Assembly: GCA_045046875.1 (NCBI GenBank)
Contig: JASFYY010000008.1
Coordinates: forward strand, 10,701-74,700
DNA from: Verrucomicrobiota bacterium
GTDB taxonomy: Bacteria > Verrucomicrobiota > Verrucomicrobiia > Verrucomicrobiales > DEV007
DNA length: 64,000 nt
Reading direction: 5' to 3'
The translations under genes were made by a program, and so were the position numbers. Each line of letters opens with the position of its first letter. The first letter of the stretch is position 1. This document shows positions 38,901 to 48,113 of this stretch, piece by piece. The notes beneath the pieces are model-generated. The model did not search any database. It had not been told where the DNA came from and saw only the letters and a program-made list of their open reading frames with translations.

Positions 38901-39663
38901 AATTATTTCGCTGGCGAAAACCCAATACCTCCAGTCCCGTGCCATCGAGGTTTACTCGCAAGGTCGATCCACGCTGAGTTCCCTGCAAACGCCTTCCCGA
39001 TTTATCAGTGACATCAAAACTGGCATCACCCTCCTTGAGATGATCACTACCATAACGCGCATCCCCTACCGTGAAATATAGCTTGCCATCAGGGCCAAGC
39101 ATCATCCCGTGAATCCCATGATCACTGTCCGTTCCTTTGAATCCACTCAATAGCGGATAACGTCGATCCACCTGATCGTCACCATCACTGTCCTCCAAAA
39201 CCAGCAGATCCGAACCATTGCCAAGATAGACCCGCGCTCCCGCGTACTTGCCATCTTTCCATATTTCCTCTACTGCCAGACCTAGCGGCGGCGGAAAAAT
39301 ATTGTCCGCAAAAACAATCACCTCATCCGCCTTACCATCACCATTGCTATCGCGCAGGATTTTTATTTTATCCGCGTCTTTAGCCCGTTCGAGCCCCTCC
39401 TGCGGTTTGGCAAAAAGCCGATAATTCAAACCCTCGGCAATCCAAACCCTGCCCCGCGAATCGATATCCATACTGGTCGGATTGGCCAGCATAGGTTCAC
39501 TTGCCCACAGTGATACCGCAAAACCCTGCGCAGGTTTCAGCGTGGCCAGCGACTTTTCAGCAGACAACTGCGCCTTGCCCCAGGGAGATGGCAACAACAG
39601 CGCAAATAGAACTGCCACAAAAAATGAATGTTTAGTCCTGATATCAAAAATCAATGTATTCAT
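35959..39663 (-). CDS. PVC-type membrane-bound dehydrogenase-domain / HEAT-repeat / heme CxxCH protein
   Basis: WASEPMLANPTSMDIDSRGRVWIAE propeller, FRPADVAVAPDGSVFICDWYD, HEAT repeats, CGICHRV...VGPDLS...INPS...SLMPEGL. Start placed at MNTLIF; ORF is open to 39708. Confidence 0.9.
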   Translation of the reverse strand: MNTLIFDIRTKHSFFVAVLFALLLPSPWGKAQLSAEKSLATLKPAQGFAVSLWASEPMLANPTSMDIDSRGRVWIAEGLNYRLFAKPQEGLERAKDADKIKILRDSNGDGKADEVIVFADNIFPPPLGLAVEEIWKDGKYAGARVYLGNGSDLLVLEDSDGDDQVDRRYPLLSGFKGTDSDHGIHGMMLGPDGKLYFTVGDARYGSDHLKEGDASFDVTDKSGRRLQGTQRGSTLRVNLDGTGLEVLGFRQRNNYGTFADSFGKVFTSDNDDDGQRGCRMIWLMDGGNYGYRTPGSNRHSAEEMPGIIPKIVGTGNGAPAGLLVYEGDLFPDEYRGAVLQLDAGTHQVNFMPLQRKGAAFRGDYRVLLQGEDSWFRPADVAVAPDGSVFICDWYDAASGGNRFSDRDTGRIYRITYPAREKENKKEVKGNDFKTLSGLIEALKSPNVATRVVARKGLLEHGAAAHEQVMDLFVSGRPRERARALFVLAALPQSSKADLLSALKDDDARIRELALSILARDLNRVLLVGPESALNAEPPAIAVLDQILPLVKDPDAGVRRELILALRHVESEKSAAALLDLAEAWDGQDRYYLEALRAAFIDRQKHLLTDLFDRLGDRWRKSVLGQKSKKQAAYQSTALPPYYPVTTNDAFPRVDDPSPPATAGSKLIGLAWALGRVEALGSLREMLEEGESASLLRGVDLALDQIDSPEAGELLVARFFENPNSQRRCDILNMLGTKLNASWAAARDSEETGKMFETALSVKDLRVSAIDAIARSGISGFNDQLLLLVTADNEQESVRVAAIEALGRLQFEPLRPVLETLVNQCKGKTRAGALDFAALSALSRFSRDKQKPSLDSITGDQTYPLDFRRRAVQTLSASPAGAQILLGMQRSERLPEDLYKEVLALLHSHPDKGIRRKAEKEMPMPETGGAMSMEALSAALTAPADAKRGQEVFNRATACGICHRVQGVGNWVGPDLSTIGTKYGKRELLYHIINPSGTISYAYVSDVLSLSDGRILSGLIVSENKRQVVLKTAQGQRIEIAASEIEKKQAQTMSLMPEGLVAALSEQDLADLLEYLTTLRQPVSEVGQYYVLGPLAKGAYEGGGEIDLGAKVKGAEATEVSWRLLSANRENLLDLSASLGSELEREVFVFTPLVSDRVQKAKVIFTSIAPLALWHNGRQVKLNPLEAGIFKGLQQASLNLEAGKNRLVIRVGGGQSGTRLVTTLISDYPLQFDIK

Positions 39664-39770
39664 AAAAAGTCCTATTAAATGCGTATTGATAACCGTGATC
39701 AGCGCCAAATCTGCAATGGGTAATTTCCACCACCCACAAGGTAAGTATAGAGCTCAATGTCATCATTTTA

Positions 39771-40571
39771 TTGAAATTCAGACATAAAGAGCCACAGTAT
39801 CCAGACGTGGTAAAAAATCAGCACAGCTCCCAGCAAGAGGCTCTGGCTTATCAGACCTCTTTCCTAGAGAACCTGCAAGGTCAGCCTTTTCGAGAGCTTT
39901 TTGAGCACTTGCCCGGAGTGTATTTTTTCATCAAAGATGCGCAGTCCCGAATGGTATGCGCCAGCCGCCCGATCCTTGATCGCTTTGGATTAGAAAAAGA
40001 AACCGACATCGTCGGCACCAGCGACTACGACTATTTCCCCGAACACATCGCCGCCGCTTTTGTGCGTGACGATCAATGGGTTTTAAAAAGTGGCCAGGCA
40101 CTGCTCAATCGCGTCGAAGTTTGGTATAACGCTCAACGTCTGCTCGACTGGTACCTCACCAACAAACTTCCCTTGCGTGACCACCAGGGCAAAGTGGTCG
40201 GCATCATGGGAACCGTGCAGAGCTACGAAGACAAAAAGCGCATGGTCTTGCCGGTGTCTCAAATAGAACAAGCCGTCGCTTATATTCAGAGCAACCTGGG
40301 TAGCCAGATCAAAGTTGATGATATCGCCCGACAACTGGGGTTTTCATCCCGTCAATTACACCGGCGCTTCCAAGAAGTTTTTGGCATGAACGTGCGCGAC
40401 TTCATCATGCGCAGCCGAATCAATGAAGCCACCGAAAAACTCAGCTCAAGCGCCCAGACTCTAAGCGATATCGCCATCGACTGCGGTTTCTGCGACCAGA
40501 GTGCTTTCACCGCCCAATTCAAAAAAATCACCGGAATGACCCCACTTAAATTTCGCCAACGCTACCAATAA
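39771..40571 (+). CDS. AraC-family transcriptional regulator with N-terminal PAS domain (start may be slightly downstream)
   Basis: LFEHLPGVYFFIKD...NKLPLRD..GKVVGIMG (PAS); IAIDCGFCDQSAFTAQFKKITGMTPLKFR. Confidence 0.92.
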   Translation: MKFRHKEPQYPDVVKNQHSSQQEALAYQTSFLENLQGQPFRELFEHLPGVYFFIKDAQSRMVCASRPILDRFGLEKETDIVGTSDYDYFPEHIAAAFVRDDQWVLKSGQALLNRVEVWYNAQRLLDWYLTNKLPLRDHQGKVVGIMGTVQSYEDKKRMVLPVSQIEQAVAYIQSNLGSQIKVDDIARQLGFSSRQLHRRFQEVFGMNVRDFIMRSRINEATEKLSSSAQTLSDIAIDCGFCDQSAFTAQFKKITGMTPLKFRQRYQ

Positions 40572-40662
40572 TCGCAGTATGAAAAACGATAACTGAGGTT
40601 TTCAGTGATACTGACTCAACCCCATGTTTATATTTTCGATATGCTGTCCCTTTGCTCCCCCC

Positions 40663-42117
40663 TCACGCAATGATCCCCTTCACCACCTCTCCCGCCACAT
40701 CGGTCAGGCGAAAATCCCTTCCAGCATAACGATAAGTCAGGCGTTCATGATCCAGCCCCATCAGGTGCAACACGGTTGCGTGCAGATCGTGAATATGCAC
40801 GCGGTCATACACGGCCTTGAATCCAAAATCATCGGTGGATCCGTGCACATGCCCGCCCTTCACTCCGCCGCCGGCCAGCCACATGCTGAAGCCATGATTG
40901 TTATGATCGCGCCCCTTGCCCAATCCCTTGTTAGTTCCCGGCGCTGGCAATTCGATCGTCGGGGTGCGGCCAAATTCCCCGCCCCACATCACCAGCGTTT
41001 CATCCAACAGACCACGCTCTTTCAAATCCTTCAACAAAGCCGCCATCGGCTGATCCCACATGTCCGCCTTTTTCTGATGCAACATGATATCATCATGATC
41101 ATCCCAGGGAATACCTTTGCCTGTCCAAGCCTGCACAAAACGCACCCCGCGCTCGATCAAACGACGCGCGATCAACAATTGCCGTCCATGCGGAGTATCG
41201 CCATACATCTGACGAATCGATTCCGGTTCGGTGGAAACATCAAACACATCCGCTGCTTCCATCTGCATGCGGTAAGCCAGATCAAAAGACTGGATCCGCG
41301 CTTCCAGCGGCCCGTCGTCCACCACCTTTTCCGCCTGCTCTTCATGCAAGGCCTTCAACAAATCCAACTGCTTGCGCTGCTGCGAAAAACTGATGCTATT
41401 GTTTTTGATGTTGTCGATCAACTGCTCGATCTTGGTGTATTCGGTATTGATAAAAGTGCCCTGATAAGCCGCCGGCAAAAAAGCCGACTGCCAATTACGC
41501 GGGCCAAAACGACTGGGATAACCACCGGGGCAAAGTGAAACAAAACCCGGCAGATTCTCATTCTCCGTGCCCAAACCATAATTGATCCACGACCCCATGC
41601 TCGGTCGTGACTGAATCGGGTCGCCGCAGTTCATCTCCATGAACGAAGGGGGATGGTTCGGCACCGAACAGTGCATCGAACGTATGATGCACATATCATC
41701 CACATGCTCAGCCGTGCGCTTGAAAAGATCGCTCACCTCGATTCCACTTTGGCCATATTTTCGGAATTTCCAGCGCGACTTATAACCCATACCCGTCTTG
41801 CGCTCGGTTTTGTAGTGCAGCGGCAAGATCTTGCCATCAAAACGATCCAATTCCGGCTTGGGATCAAAGGTATCCACCTGGGATGGCGCTCCGTTCATGA
41901 ACAAATGAATCACATGTTTGGCAGTCGCTGGAAAATGAGGCTTTTTCGGCGCCAGCGGAGATCTCGAAATGGCCGCTTCAACCGATTCACTCAACAACCC
42001 TTCTTCCGCCATCAAAGCTCCCAGAGCCAATGCACCAAAACCCGTGCCTGAACGATTCAAGAACTCTCGCCGAGAAGGGAAATTTTCAATATTTGATTGT
42101 GGTTCTTCTGGACTCAT
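40663..42117 (-). CDS. DUF1501 domain protein with Tat-like leader
   Basis: SRREFL, HLFMNGAPSQVDTFDPKP, ARRLIERGVRFVQ, WDDH, WGGEFGRTP, GRDHN, GRDFRLTDVAG. Confidence 0.93.
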   Translation of the reverse strand: MSPEEPQSNIENFPSRREFLNRSGTGFGALALGALMAEEGLLSESVEAAISRSPLAPKKPHFPATAKHVIHLFMNGAPSQVDTFDPKPELDRFDGKILPLHYKTERKTGMGYKSRWKFRKYGQSGIEVSDLFKRTAEHVDDMCIIRSMHCSVPNHPPSFMEMNCGDPIQSRPSMGSWINYGLGTENENLPGFVSLCPGGYPSRFGPRNWQSAFLPAAYQGTFINTEYTKIEQLIDNIKNNSISFSQQRKQLDLLKALHEEQAEKVVDDGPLEARIQSFDLAYRMQMEAADVFDVSTEPESIRQMYGDTPHGRQLLIARRLIERGVRFVQAWTGKGIPWDDHDDIMLHQKKADMWDQPMAALLKDLKERGLLDETLVMWGGEFGRTPTIELPAPGTNKGLGKGRDHNNHGFSMWLAGGGVKGGHVHGSTDDFGFKAVYDRVHIHDLHATVLHLMGLDHERLTYRYAGRDFRLTDVAGEVVKGIIA

Positions 42118-42122
42118 AACTC

Positions 42123-45100
42123 TTATTGGATAAATACAAACTCGTTCGACATCAGCAGCACATGCGCATAACTCTGCCATGGCCCAAACTCACCGGGCTG
42201 AATTTTGCCAGCGATGGATTTTACCGGTTTTGGAAAAGCGCGTTTTGCCGACCAAAGAATCTTGCGCTCCCCCTCCTTGACCACCACCGGGATCCACTGG
42301 AAAGCATCGTAATAACCATCGCCCATCGCATCGACGATAAAATCCAACACATCCCCCTTTTTCACCTCAATCGATTGCAGGGAAGTCTCAACCTTTGTGT
42401 TATGCGCCACCCATTGTTTGATTTTACCCTTCGCCCCGTAAAGCGTGGCGCGGATGCCATTGCCCTGTTCAACTCCATGACTCAAGTTACCAATAATGTT
42501 CACCCTACCGGTCACCGGACTGGTCCAACGACGGACGAGCGCGTGCCTGCCCCCGCCCGCATGCCCTCCGGCAGGAGTCAAACGCGTCCAGCCCAAGCCA
42601 TTCTTTTTGTCCGGATAGTCAACATCTCCCTGCATCTTGCTTGACGTGTGATAGGGAAAGCTTTTCATCGCCTTATGATCATAGGCCTGCTTAACGCTGT
42701 CATAAACCACGTAACCATAAGACCACGGTGACGGTCCCTTCATTTTGGCCTTTTCACTTTTTGACTTGTCAGCGTCCGGCTGATTATAGTTATTGATAAA
42801 TTCCGCAGCGGCACGCAGTTCTCCCTCGCTAGGATCACGGTTAAAAGCCAACTGATAGATGCGCCGAACTCGTGCCTGCTGATCTTTGATCGCTGCAACA
42901 TCCTTGCGCTCAACCAAAGCCGCCGCAAGTTCCATCACAAAAGGGTTATTCATCATGTAGAGCCCCTGGGTCGGCACCGTGGTGCTATTACGCTTCTCAT
43001 TCGTCTCATCGGGATTGGCAAAATCGAAGGTCAACAAAAGGGACGGCAATTTGTCCCGTGACACCGCCCCATAAACCGCCCGCCGATAAGGATTAAACCC
43101 CCAGGTCACACTGGCACCTCCCTGATTAATGGTAGGATCTTTTATCAGCGTCACCGCCGGGCCACCCACTTTCGAATCCAGTTTACCCGACACCGCCAAC
43201 ATGCTGTCGTGAATCGCTTCGAATTCCAAACGCCTACGATTAAAACGCCAGAGCAAATTATTATCCGGATCGACCGCAAATTTCTTCGGATCTCCGTGAC
43301 TCGACTGCTGGTAAGTTGCCGAATTCATGATCAAACGATGCATGTGTTTGATCGACCAGCCTTTAGCCATGAACTCCCGCGCCAACCAGTTGAGCAAATC
43401 AACCTGCAGCGGCTCTTCGCAACGCAAACCAAAGTCACTCGGCGTATTGACCAGTCCCTGGCCAAAATGATAATTCCAGATCCGGTTCACCATCACCCGG
43501 GCGGTAAGAGGGTTGTCCTCAGACGCAATAGCCTGAGCGAGTTCGAGGCGCCCTGCCCCTTTGCTGAAAGGTTTACGTGCATCCCCTTCGATGATTTTGA
43601 GAAACTGACGAGGCACGGCATCGCCTGGTCGTTTGTCGTTGCCACGAATAAAAATATGCGGATCGTAAAGTTCTTTTTTGTCGCGTACTACCATCGCCCG
43701 CCGTGGCGATCCCGGATGCATCGCCAAACGCAAAGTATAGTTTGCGTTCAGTTTGAGTAACTCAAGGTAAACTTTCCGCTCCAACTGCTTAAAATCCCCT
43801 GCCGGCAAAACCCCGGGAGCATCACTGCTATACAATAACTGACGTAATTGCTCACGCGAGGTATCAGCCAGCAATTTTGATTTTGCATCTTTTTTGAGAG
43901 CCTCCTGCCACTGCTTGTCGATAGATGAAAAAACCTGCTGATAAATATTCGCCACCTCTTTAAGTGAAGCCGGCGACTTACCTTTAAACGCCCCGACCAC
44001 CAGCGGATTCAATTGCACTCCCGGCAAATTATTTCCAGCAATCGCCAATACCAGTTTTTTTGCTTCTTGCGCAAAACCCGATTCTTCCAAAGCCACAAAA
44101 GCCTGCCACGCCCCAAAAACCGGATCATTGGGATGTTCCGCCAAATAATCCCTATAGCGAAGCGCAATATAAGGGCTCAACTTGCGCCTGCCAGCCAATA
44201 CCCGTAGCGCGTTATCTTTTTCTCCACGACCATCGGCAAGCACCATCAGGAAATCCCCGACTTGTTCACGGTACTGTTTCAATAACCTGACATGATTTTT
44301 GTCCTTATAGTCCTTGAGCTTTTTATCCTCTTCAGCTTTGAATTTTATAAATTCTTTATCCTGGTAGGAACCCGGTATAGGACGCCCGATCACTGGTAAC
44401 TCTTTGGGTTCCTCACAAGAGGCAAAAACTCCCAGCAGAGAATAAAAATCAGCGGTTGGAATGGGATCATACTTGTGGTCGTGGCAACGCGCGCAGGCAA
44501 TCGTCAAACCCAGCATTCCCCTACCCAGAGTATCCACCCGATCCGCCCATTGCTCCACCTCCCCGCCGCCATTGGAGCGACGGTTCACCGTGATGAATCC
44601 CAGTGCCGCCAGCGAGGGATCGTTCGCTTTCCTGCCCAACTGATCCGCTGCAAGTTGCTCGATCAAAAACTGGTCAAAGGGTTTGTCACGATTGAAAGAA
44701 CGAATCACATAATCACGGTATGTGTAAGCATAAGGGTATTCCCGGGTCTCGCCAAAAATCGCCCCTTTCGAGTCCCCGTATCGCGCCACGTCCAGCCAGT
44801 GCCTGCCCCAACGTTCACCATAACGGCGATCTCTCAATAAGTTCTCAACCACCTTGGCAAAGGCCTCGTTGGACTTGTCCGCTAGAAAAACCTTCACTTC
44901 ATCCGGGCTGGGAGGAAGACCAATCAAATCAAAATAAGCTCGACGCAGCAAAGTGATTTTGTCCGATTTCGGAGAGGGTTCGAGTCCACCCTCGATCATA
45001 TTTTTAATGACAAAACGATCGATGATATTTTTTCCCCAGGCTGTTTTTTCAGCTTTGGGAACAACCGTATGTCCTACTGCTTGAAAAGCCCAATGGTCTC

Positions 45101-45608
45101 CCGCCTCCATCCAAATCCCGGCACGAGGATCCTTTTGTTCTTTTTTGCTATTGGCAATATCTGCCTCCGACTGCGGCCAAGGCGCGCCCATTTCGATCCA
45201 CTTGGTCAACAGATCCACCTGCTCCTGAGTCAGTTTCTTTTTAGGCGGCATCTCCAGCGTTTCCTCGGCATACTCCCCCGCCTGCCAGCGAATCGCTTTC
45301 ACCAGTAAACTGCCCTTCACGTTACCGGGAATAATAGCAGCGCCCAGATCCCCACCTTTCAAAATACGATGAATCGAATCGAGGCGTAATCCACCCTTCT
45401 GTTTTTTCTCGCCATGACATTTAAAACAATTCTCTGACAGCAAGGGCCTGATCTTGGTTTCGAAAAACAACTCATTACCAACCGTTTTCAGCTTACCTGC
45501 GTTTTGCCCGTGACTCTCTCCCGCAAAAGATATAATCGCTACAAGTGCAAACACAGCTTTGATGCTCCGGATGGCTGGCCCGCCATTATTTTCAACCTTG
45601 TATTTCAT
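42123..45608 (-). CDS. PSD1 and planctomycete cytochrome C domain protein (DUF1549/DUF1553)
   Basis: FFETKIRPLLSENCFKCHG, HWAFQ, YGERWGRHWLDVARYGDS, CARCHDHKYDP, NPLTARVMVNRIW, SNEFVF. Confidence 0.94.
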   Translation of the reverse strand: MKYKVENNGGPAIRSIKAVFALVAIISFAGESHGQNAGKLKTVGNELFFETKIRPLLSENCFKCHGEKKQKGGLRLDSIHRILKGGDLGAAIIPGNVKGSLLVKAIRWQAGEYAEETLEMPPKKKLTQEQVDLLTKWIEMGAPWPQSEADIANSKKEQKDPRAGIWMEAGDHWAFQAVGHTVVPKAEKTAWGKNIIDRFVIKNMIEGGLEPSPKSDKITLLRRAYFDLIGLPPSPDEVKVFLADKSNEAFAKVVENLLRDRRYGERWGRHWLDVARYGDSKGAIFGETREYPYAYTYRDYVIRSFNRDKPFDQFLIEQLAADQLGRKANDPSLAALGFITVNRRSNGGGEVEQWADRVDTLGRGMLGLTIACARCHDHKYDPIPTADFYSLLGVFASCEEPKELPVIGRPIPGSYQDKEFIKFKAEEDKKLKDYKDKNHVRLLKQYREQVGDFLMVLADGRGEKDNALRVLAGRRKLSPYIALRYRDYLAEHPNDPVFGAWQAFVALEESGFAQEAKKLVLAIAGNNLPGVQLNPLVVGAFKGKSPASLKEVANIYQQVFSSIDKQWQEALKKDAKSKLLADTSREQLRQLLYSSDAPGVLPAGDFKQLERKVYLELLKLNANYTLRLAMHPGSPRRAMVVRDKKELYDPHIFIRGNDKRPGDAVPRQFLKIIEGDARKPFSKGAGRLELAQAIASEDNPLTARVMVNRIWNYHFGQGLVNTPSDFGLRCEEPLQVDLLNWLAREFMAKGWSIKHMHRLIMNSATYQQSSHGDPKKFAVDPDNNLLWRFNRRRLEFEAIHDSMLAVSGKLDSKVGGPAVTLIKDPTINQGGASVTWGFNPYRRAVYGAVSRDKLPSLLLTFDFANPDETNEKRNSTTVPTQGLYMMNNPFVMELAAALVERKDVAAIKDQQARVRRIYQLAFNRDPSEGELRAAAEFINNYNQPDADKSKSEKAKMKGPSPWSYGYVVYDSVKQAYDHKAMKSFPYHTSSKMQGDVDYPDKKNGLGWTRLTPAGGHAGGGRHALVRRWTSPVTGRVNIIGNLSHGVEQGNGIRATLYGAKGKIKQWVAHNTKVETSLQSIEVKKGDVLDFIVDAMGDGYYDAFQWIPVVVKEGERKILWSAKRAFPKPVKSIAGKIQPGEFGPWQSYAHVLLMSNEFVFIQ

Positions 45609-45618
45609 AACTTATTTA

Positions 45619-46854
45619 TCAAGCCGCTCCCTTCTCATTGATAACACCGCGTTGATTCGAAACCGATTGAGTGAGCTTCTCAATGATCGCTGCCGCTGCT
45701 CCGATTTGCTGACACTCATGCGGATCCCGCGCGGGCTGGTATATCTCACACTGCGCAGAACTAAGCTTTAGTGAACGTTCATCGGTCCAAACCACCACCC
45801 GTTCAAATAGCCCGTCTTGAGCGGCGAGAAATTTCCCGTATATAAAAATCGCCTGCGGATTAAAAATATTCACCGCCGCCGCCAAGCCAATAGCGAGATA
45901 GCGTCCCGCATGTTCAAAGATATCATCAAATTCTCTGTCACCAGATCGAACCCGTTCGATCAGCTCGGAAAGCGTCACCGAGTTGCCCATCCGTTTCGAA
46001 ACCGCGTTCAGGACAGCTCGATCGGACGCAATCGTTTCGAGACAGCCACGGTTGCCACAGCCGCAAAGTTCCCCTTCCGCATCCACCGTGATATGTCCTA
46101 ACTCTCCCGCCAGCCCGCCTCGCCCATCCACCAGTCGACCGCCATTGCAAGCCGCGATGCCCAAGCCTCCGGCATAATTCACCACCACAAAATCCTCCAT
46201 GCCACGAGCCCCGCCGTGTCGTGACTCAAAAAGATAATGCGCCGCCATCGCCGGAACCAACACCGCAGGAAAACCTAGATTTTTTTCCAGATCCAAGCCC
46301 ACCTGTTTTCCCTCCAACCAAAGTAAATTCGGACTCAATAATACGGTTTCATTTTCCGCGTCCAGCAAACCCGGCAGGCAGATGCCCAAACCCAGCACCC
46401 GGGCGGAATTATTCGAAATCCGATCCTTTAAAATCCCAGTCACTTTTTTCAGCAAACCCGCATAGGTGTTCGGCGTAGAAAAAACTTCTATTTCGCCTTG
46501 TTGTAAAACCCCATCCAAACCCGATGGGATCAGACTGCACCGATGCGCGCCGATCACCAGACTGAACACCCGTGACTCGCGATTCGCCAAGGCGACCGTT
46601 TTGCCCGGCCTGCCAAGATCCGGCTGTTTCAACTCCCCCTCCTCCACCATCGAGGCTTCAAACAACTCTCCAACAATTTTGCTGACAGTCGGGTGACTCA
46701 GTCCCGTCCTCCTGACAATTTCCGCCCGCGTCAGGGCTCCTTCACCTCTCAATACACTAATCACCTTCTCTTCATTCAAGCGACGCAACAAGCTTGGTTC
46801 CGCTTTGGCGGGCGAATCCGATGAGCTTGAGACTTGTGACGAAGGCGATGCCAT
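45619..46854 (-). CDS. ROK-family transcriptional regulator (XylR/NagC-like)
   Basis: N-terminal HTH TRAEIVRRTGLSHPTVSKIV, GRP, and GELGHITV....CGCGNRGCLET Zn motif. Confidence 0.93.
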   Translation of the reverse strand: MASPSSQVSSSSDSPAKAEPSLLRRLNEEKVISVLRGEGALTRAEIVRRTGLSHPTVSKIVGELFEASMVEEGELKQPDLGRPGKTVALANRESRVFSLVIGAHRCSLIPSGLDGVLQQGEIEVFSTPNTYAGLLKKVTGILKDRISNNSARVLGLGICLPGLLDAENETVLLSPNLLWLEGKQVGLDLEKNLGFPAVLVPAMAAHYLFESRHGGARGMEDFVVVNYAGGLGIAACNGGRLVDGRGGLAGELGHITVDAEGELCGCGNRGCLETIASDRAVLNAVSKRMGNSVTLSELIERVRSGDREFDDIFEHAGRYLAIGLAAAVNIFNPQAIFIYGKFLAAQDGLFERVVVWTDERSLKLSSAQCEIYQPARDPHECQQIGAAAAIIEKLTQSVSNQRGVINEKGAA

Positions 46855-46857
46855 ACC

Positions 46858-46886
46858 CTACTTATTAAATGTCATTTAATAAGTAG
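46858..46886. promoter_or_regulatory. Perfect 29-bp palindrome, probable ROK repressor operator
   Basis: CTACTTATTAAATG-T-CATTTAATAAGTAG, separated by only 3 nt from the ROK start codon. Confidence 0.65.
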
Positions 46887-46978
46887 CAAATGCTTTTTTT
46901 ATTAATTTGCAAGAGCCTCCCCCTCCTTGGAGGCGTAAAACGATGTTCCTGCATCGTTTCTTACGGAAAACCGCCTAT

Positions 46979-48094
46979 TCAACGGGCAGCCCCGGATATC
47001 AGATCCGAAACCGGATTGAGCAACAGCTCTCCAGACACATTAAAGGGAAGCGATGTCAGGATCACGCAGGACCAAGCCTTTTTTGGATCCGCCCAGGCCA
47101 GAGTTCCGGTCGCTCCCCGATGACCAAAAGTTCGCTTGGAACACGACTTGCCAAAACTACCGGGCGACAGATCAAAACCAAGGCCACGTGGCGTGAATCC
47201 AGGCGGATTTTGATTTCGAACCATCCTCAGGGCGGTTTCTCTTTTTAGAACCTTACCATCAGGATGGAGAAAACTACGCAGAAATATCGTTACATCCAAA
47301 GCCGTGCAATGCGCCCCTCCCCAAGGAGCTGCAAAGTCTCTCCAGTAAGGACTGTTCCAGTCCCAGTCCTTAGTATTGGCCGCCCCAGCTCCCGATTCTT
47401 TGGCAGCATTCTCAATCTGCCCACGAACCACATCAGCCATTTCAAATTCACCCATCCCCAGTGCACTGTGTTTCATGCCTAGAGGAATAAATAATTCCTG
47501 CTTAAGGAAATCCCGGAAAGGTGTTTTTGTGATCCGCTCAGCAATTTCCGATGCCAATAAAATTCCCATACTTTGATAAGAATATTTTGTTCCCGGCTTA
47601 AAAAGCAGCGGCGTGCGCACTGCACCTTTCACAAATTCTTTCAGCGGAGCATGAGCTGCTCTCAGCGTAGCATTTTCTTCAAGTTGATCCGGAAGACCTG
47701 ATGTGTGAGTGAGCAATTGTTTGATAGTAATATCCTTGCGGTCCCCTTGCGAAAATTCCGGTATGAATTTGCGGACAGGATCAGACAATTTCAACTCCCC
47801 TCTATCGGCAAGAATCATGATCCCTGCCGCTGACATTGGCTTGGTGATCGACGCGATAAGAAATATCGCCCCTGTTGCATCCAGTACAGCCGCTTTACCC
47901 AGAGATGCACCATAAGTCTCTGATTCACTTCGAATCAATATCTCAGCTGATTCCAGCTTGCCTGAATCTATCTGATCCTGGATGAGTTGAACGGCAGCAT
48001 CAAAAGCATCATCCATAAGCGCAGCGGCGTTTGCGATTCGCATGCCGGAGAAAACCCCAGCTGCTGTTGTGCTCATGAATCGCCGCCGCTTCAT
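46979..48094 (-). CDS. Serine hydrolase, beta-lactamase class C/PBP-like, Tat-exported
   Basis: MKRRRF leader, ASITK (SxxK), LLTHTSGL, YSYQS, FGHRGATG. Confidence 0.88.
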   Translation of the reverse strand: MKRRRFMSTTAAGVFSGMRIANAAALMDDAFDAAVQLIQDQIDSGKLESAEILIRSESETYGASLGKAAVLDATGAIFLIASITKPMSAAGIMILADRGELKLSDPVRKFIPEFSQGDRKDITIKQLLTHTSGLPDQLEENATLRAAHAPLKEFVKGAVRTPLLFKPGTKYSYQSMGILLASEIAERITKTPFRDFLKQELFIPLGMKHSALGMGEFEMADVVRGQIENAAKESGAGAANTKDWDWNSPYWRDFAAPWGGAHCTALDVTIFLRSFLHPDGKVLKRETALRMVRNQNPPGFTPRGLGFDLSPGSFGKSCSKRTFGHRGATGTLAWADPKKAWSCVILTSLPFNVSGELLLNPVSDLISGAAR

Positions 48095-48113
48095 TTCCCT
48101 GTCTAAAAAATTA

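Noticed and set aside
40624..41538. 304-aa ORF on the + strand
   Set aside because: Antisense shadow of the DUF1501 gene
44971..44993. GGTTCGAGTCC, tRNA T-loop-like sequence
   Set aside because: Inside the PSD1 coding region; T-stem does not pair properly and no cloverleaf
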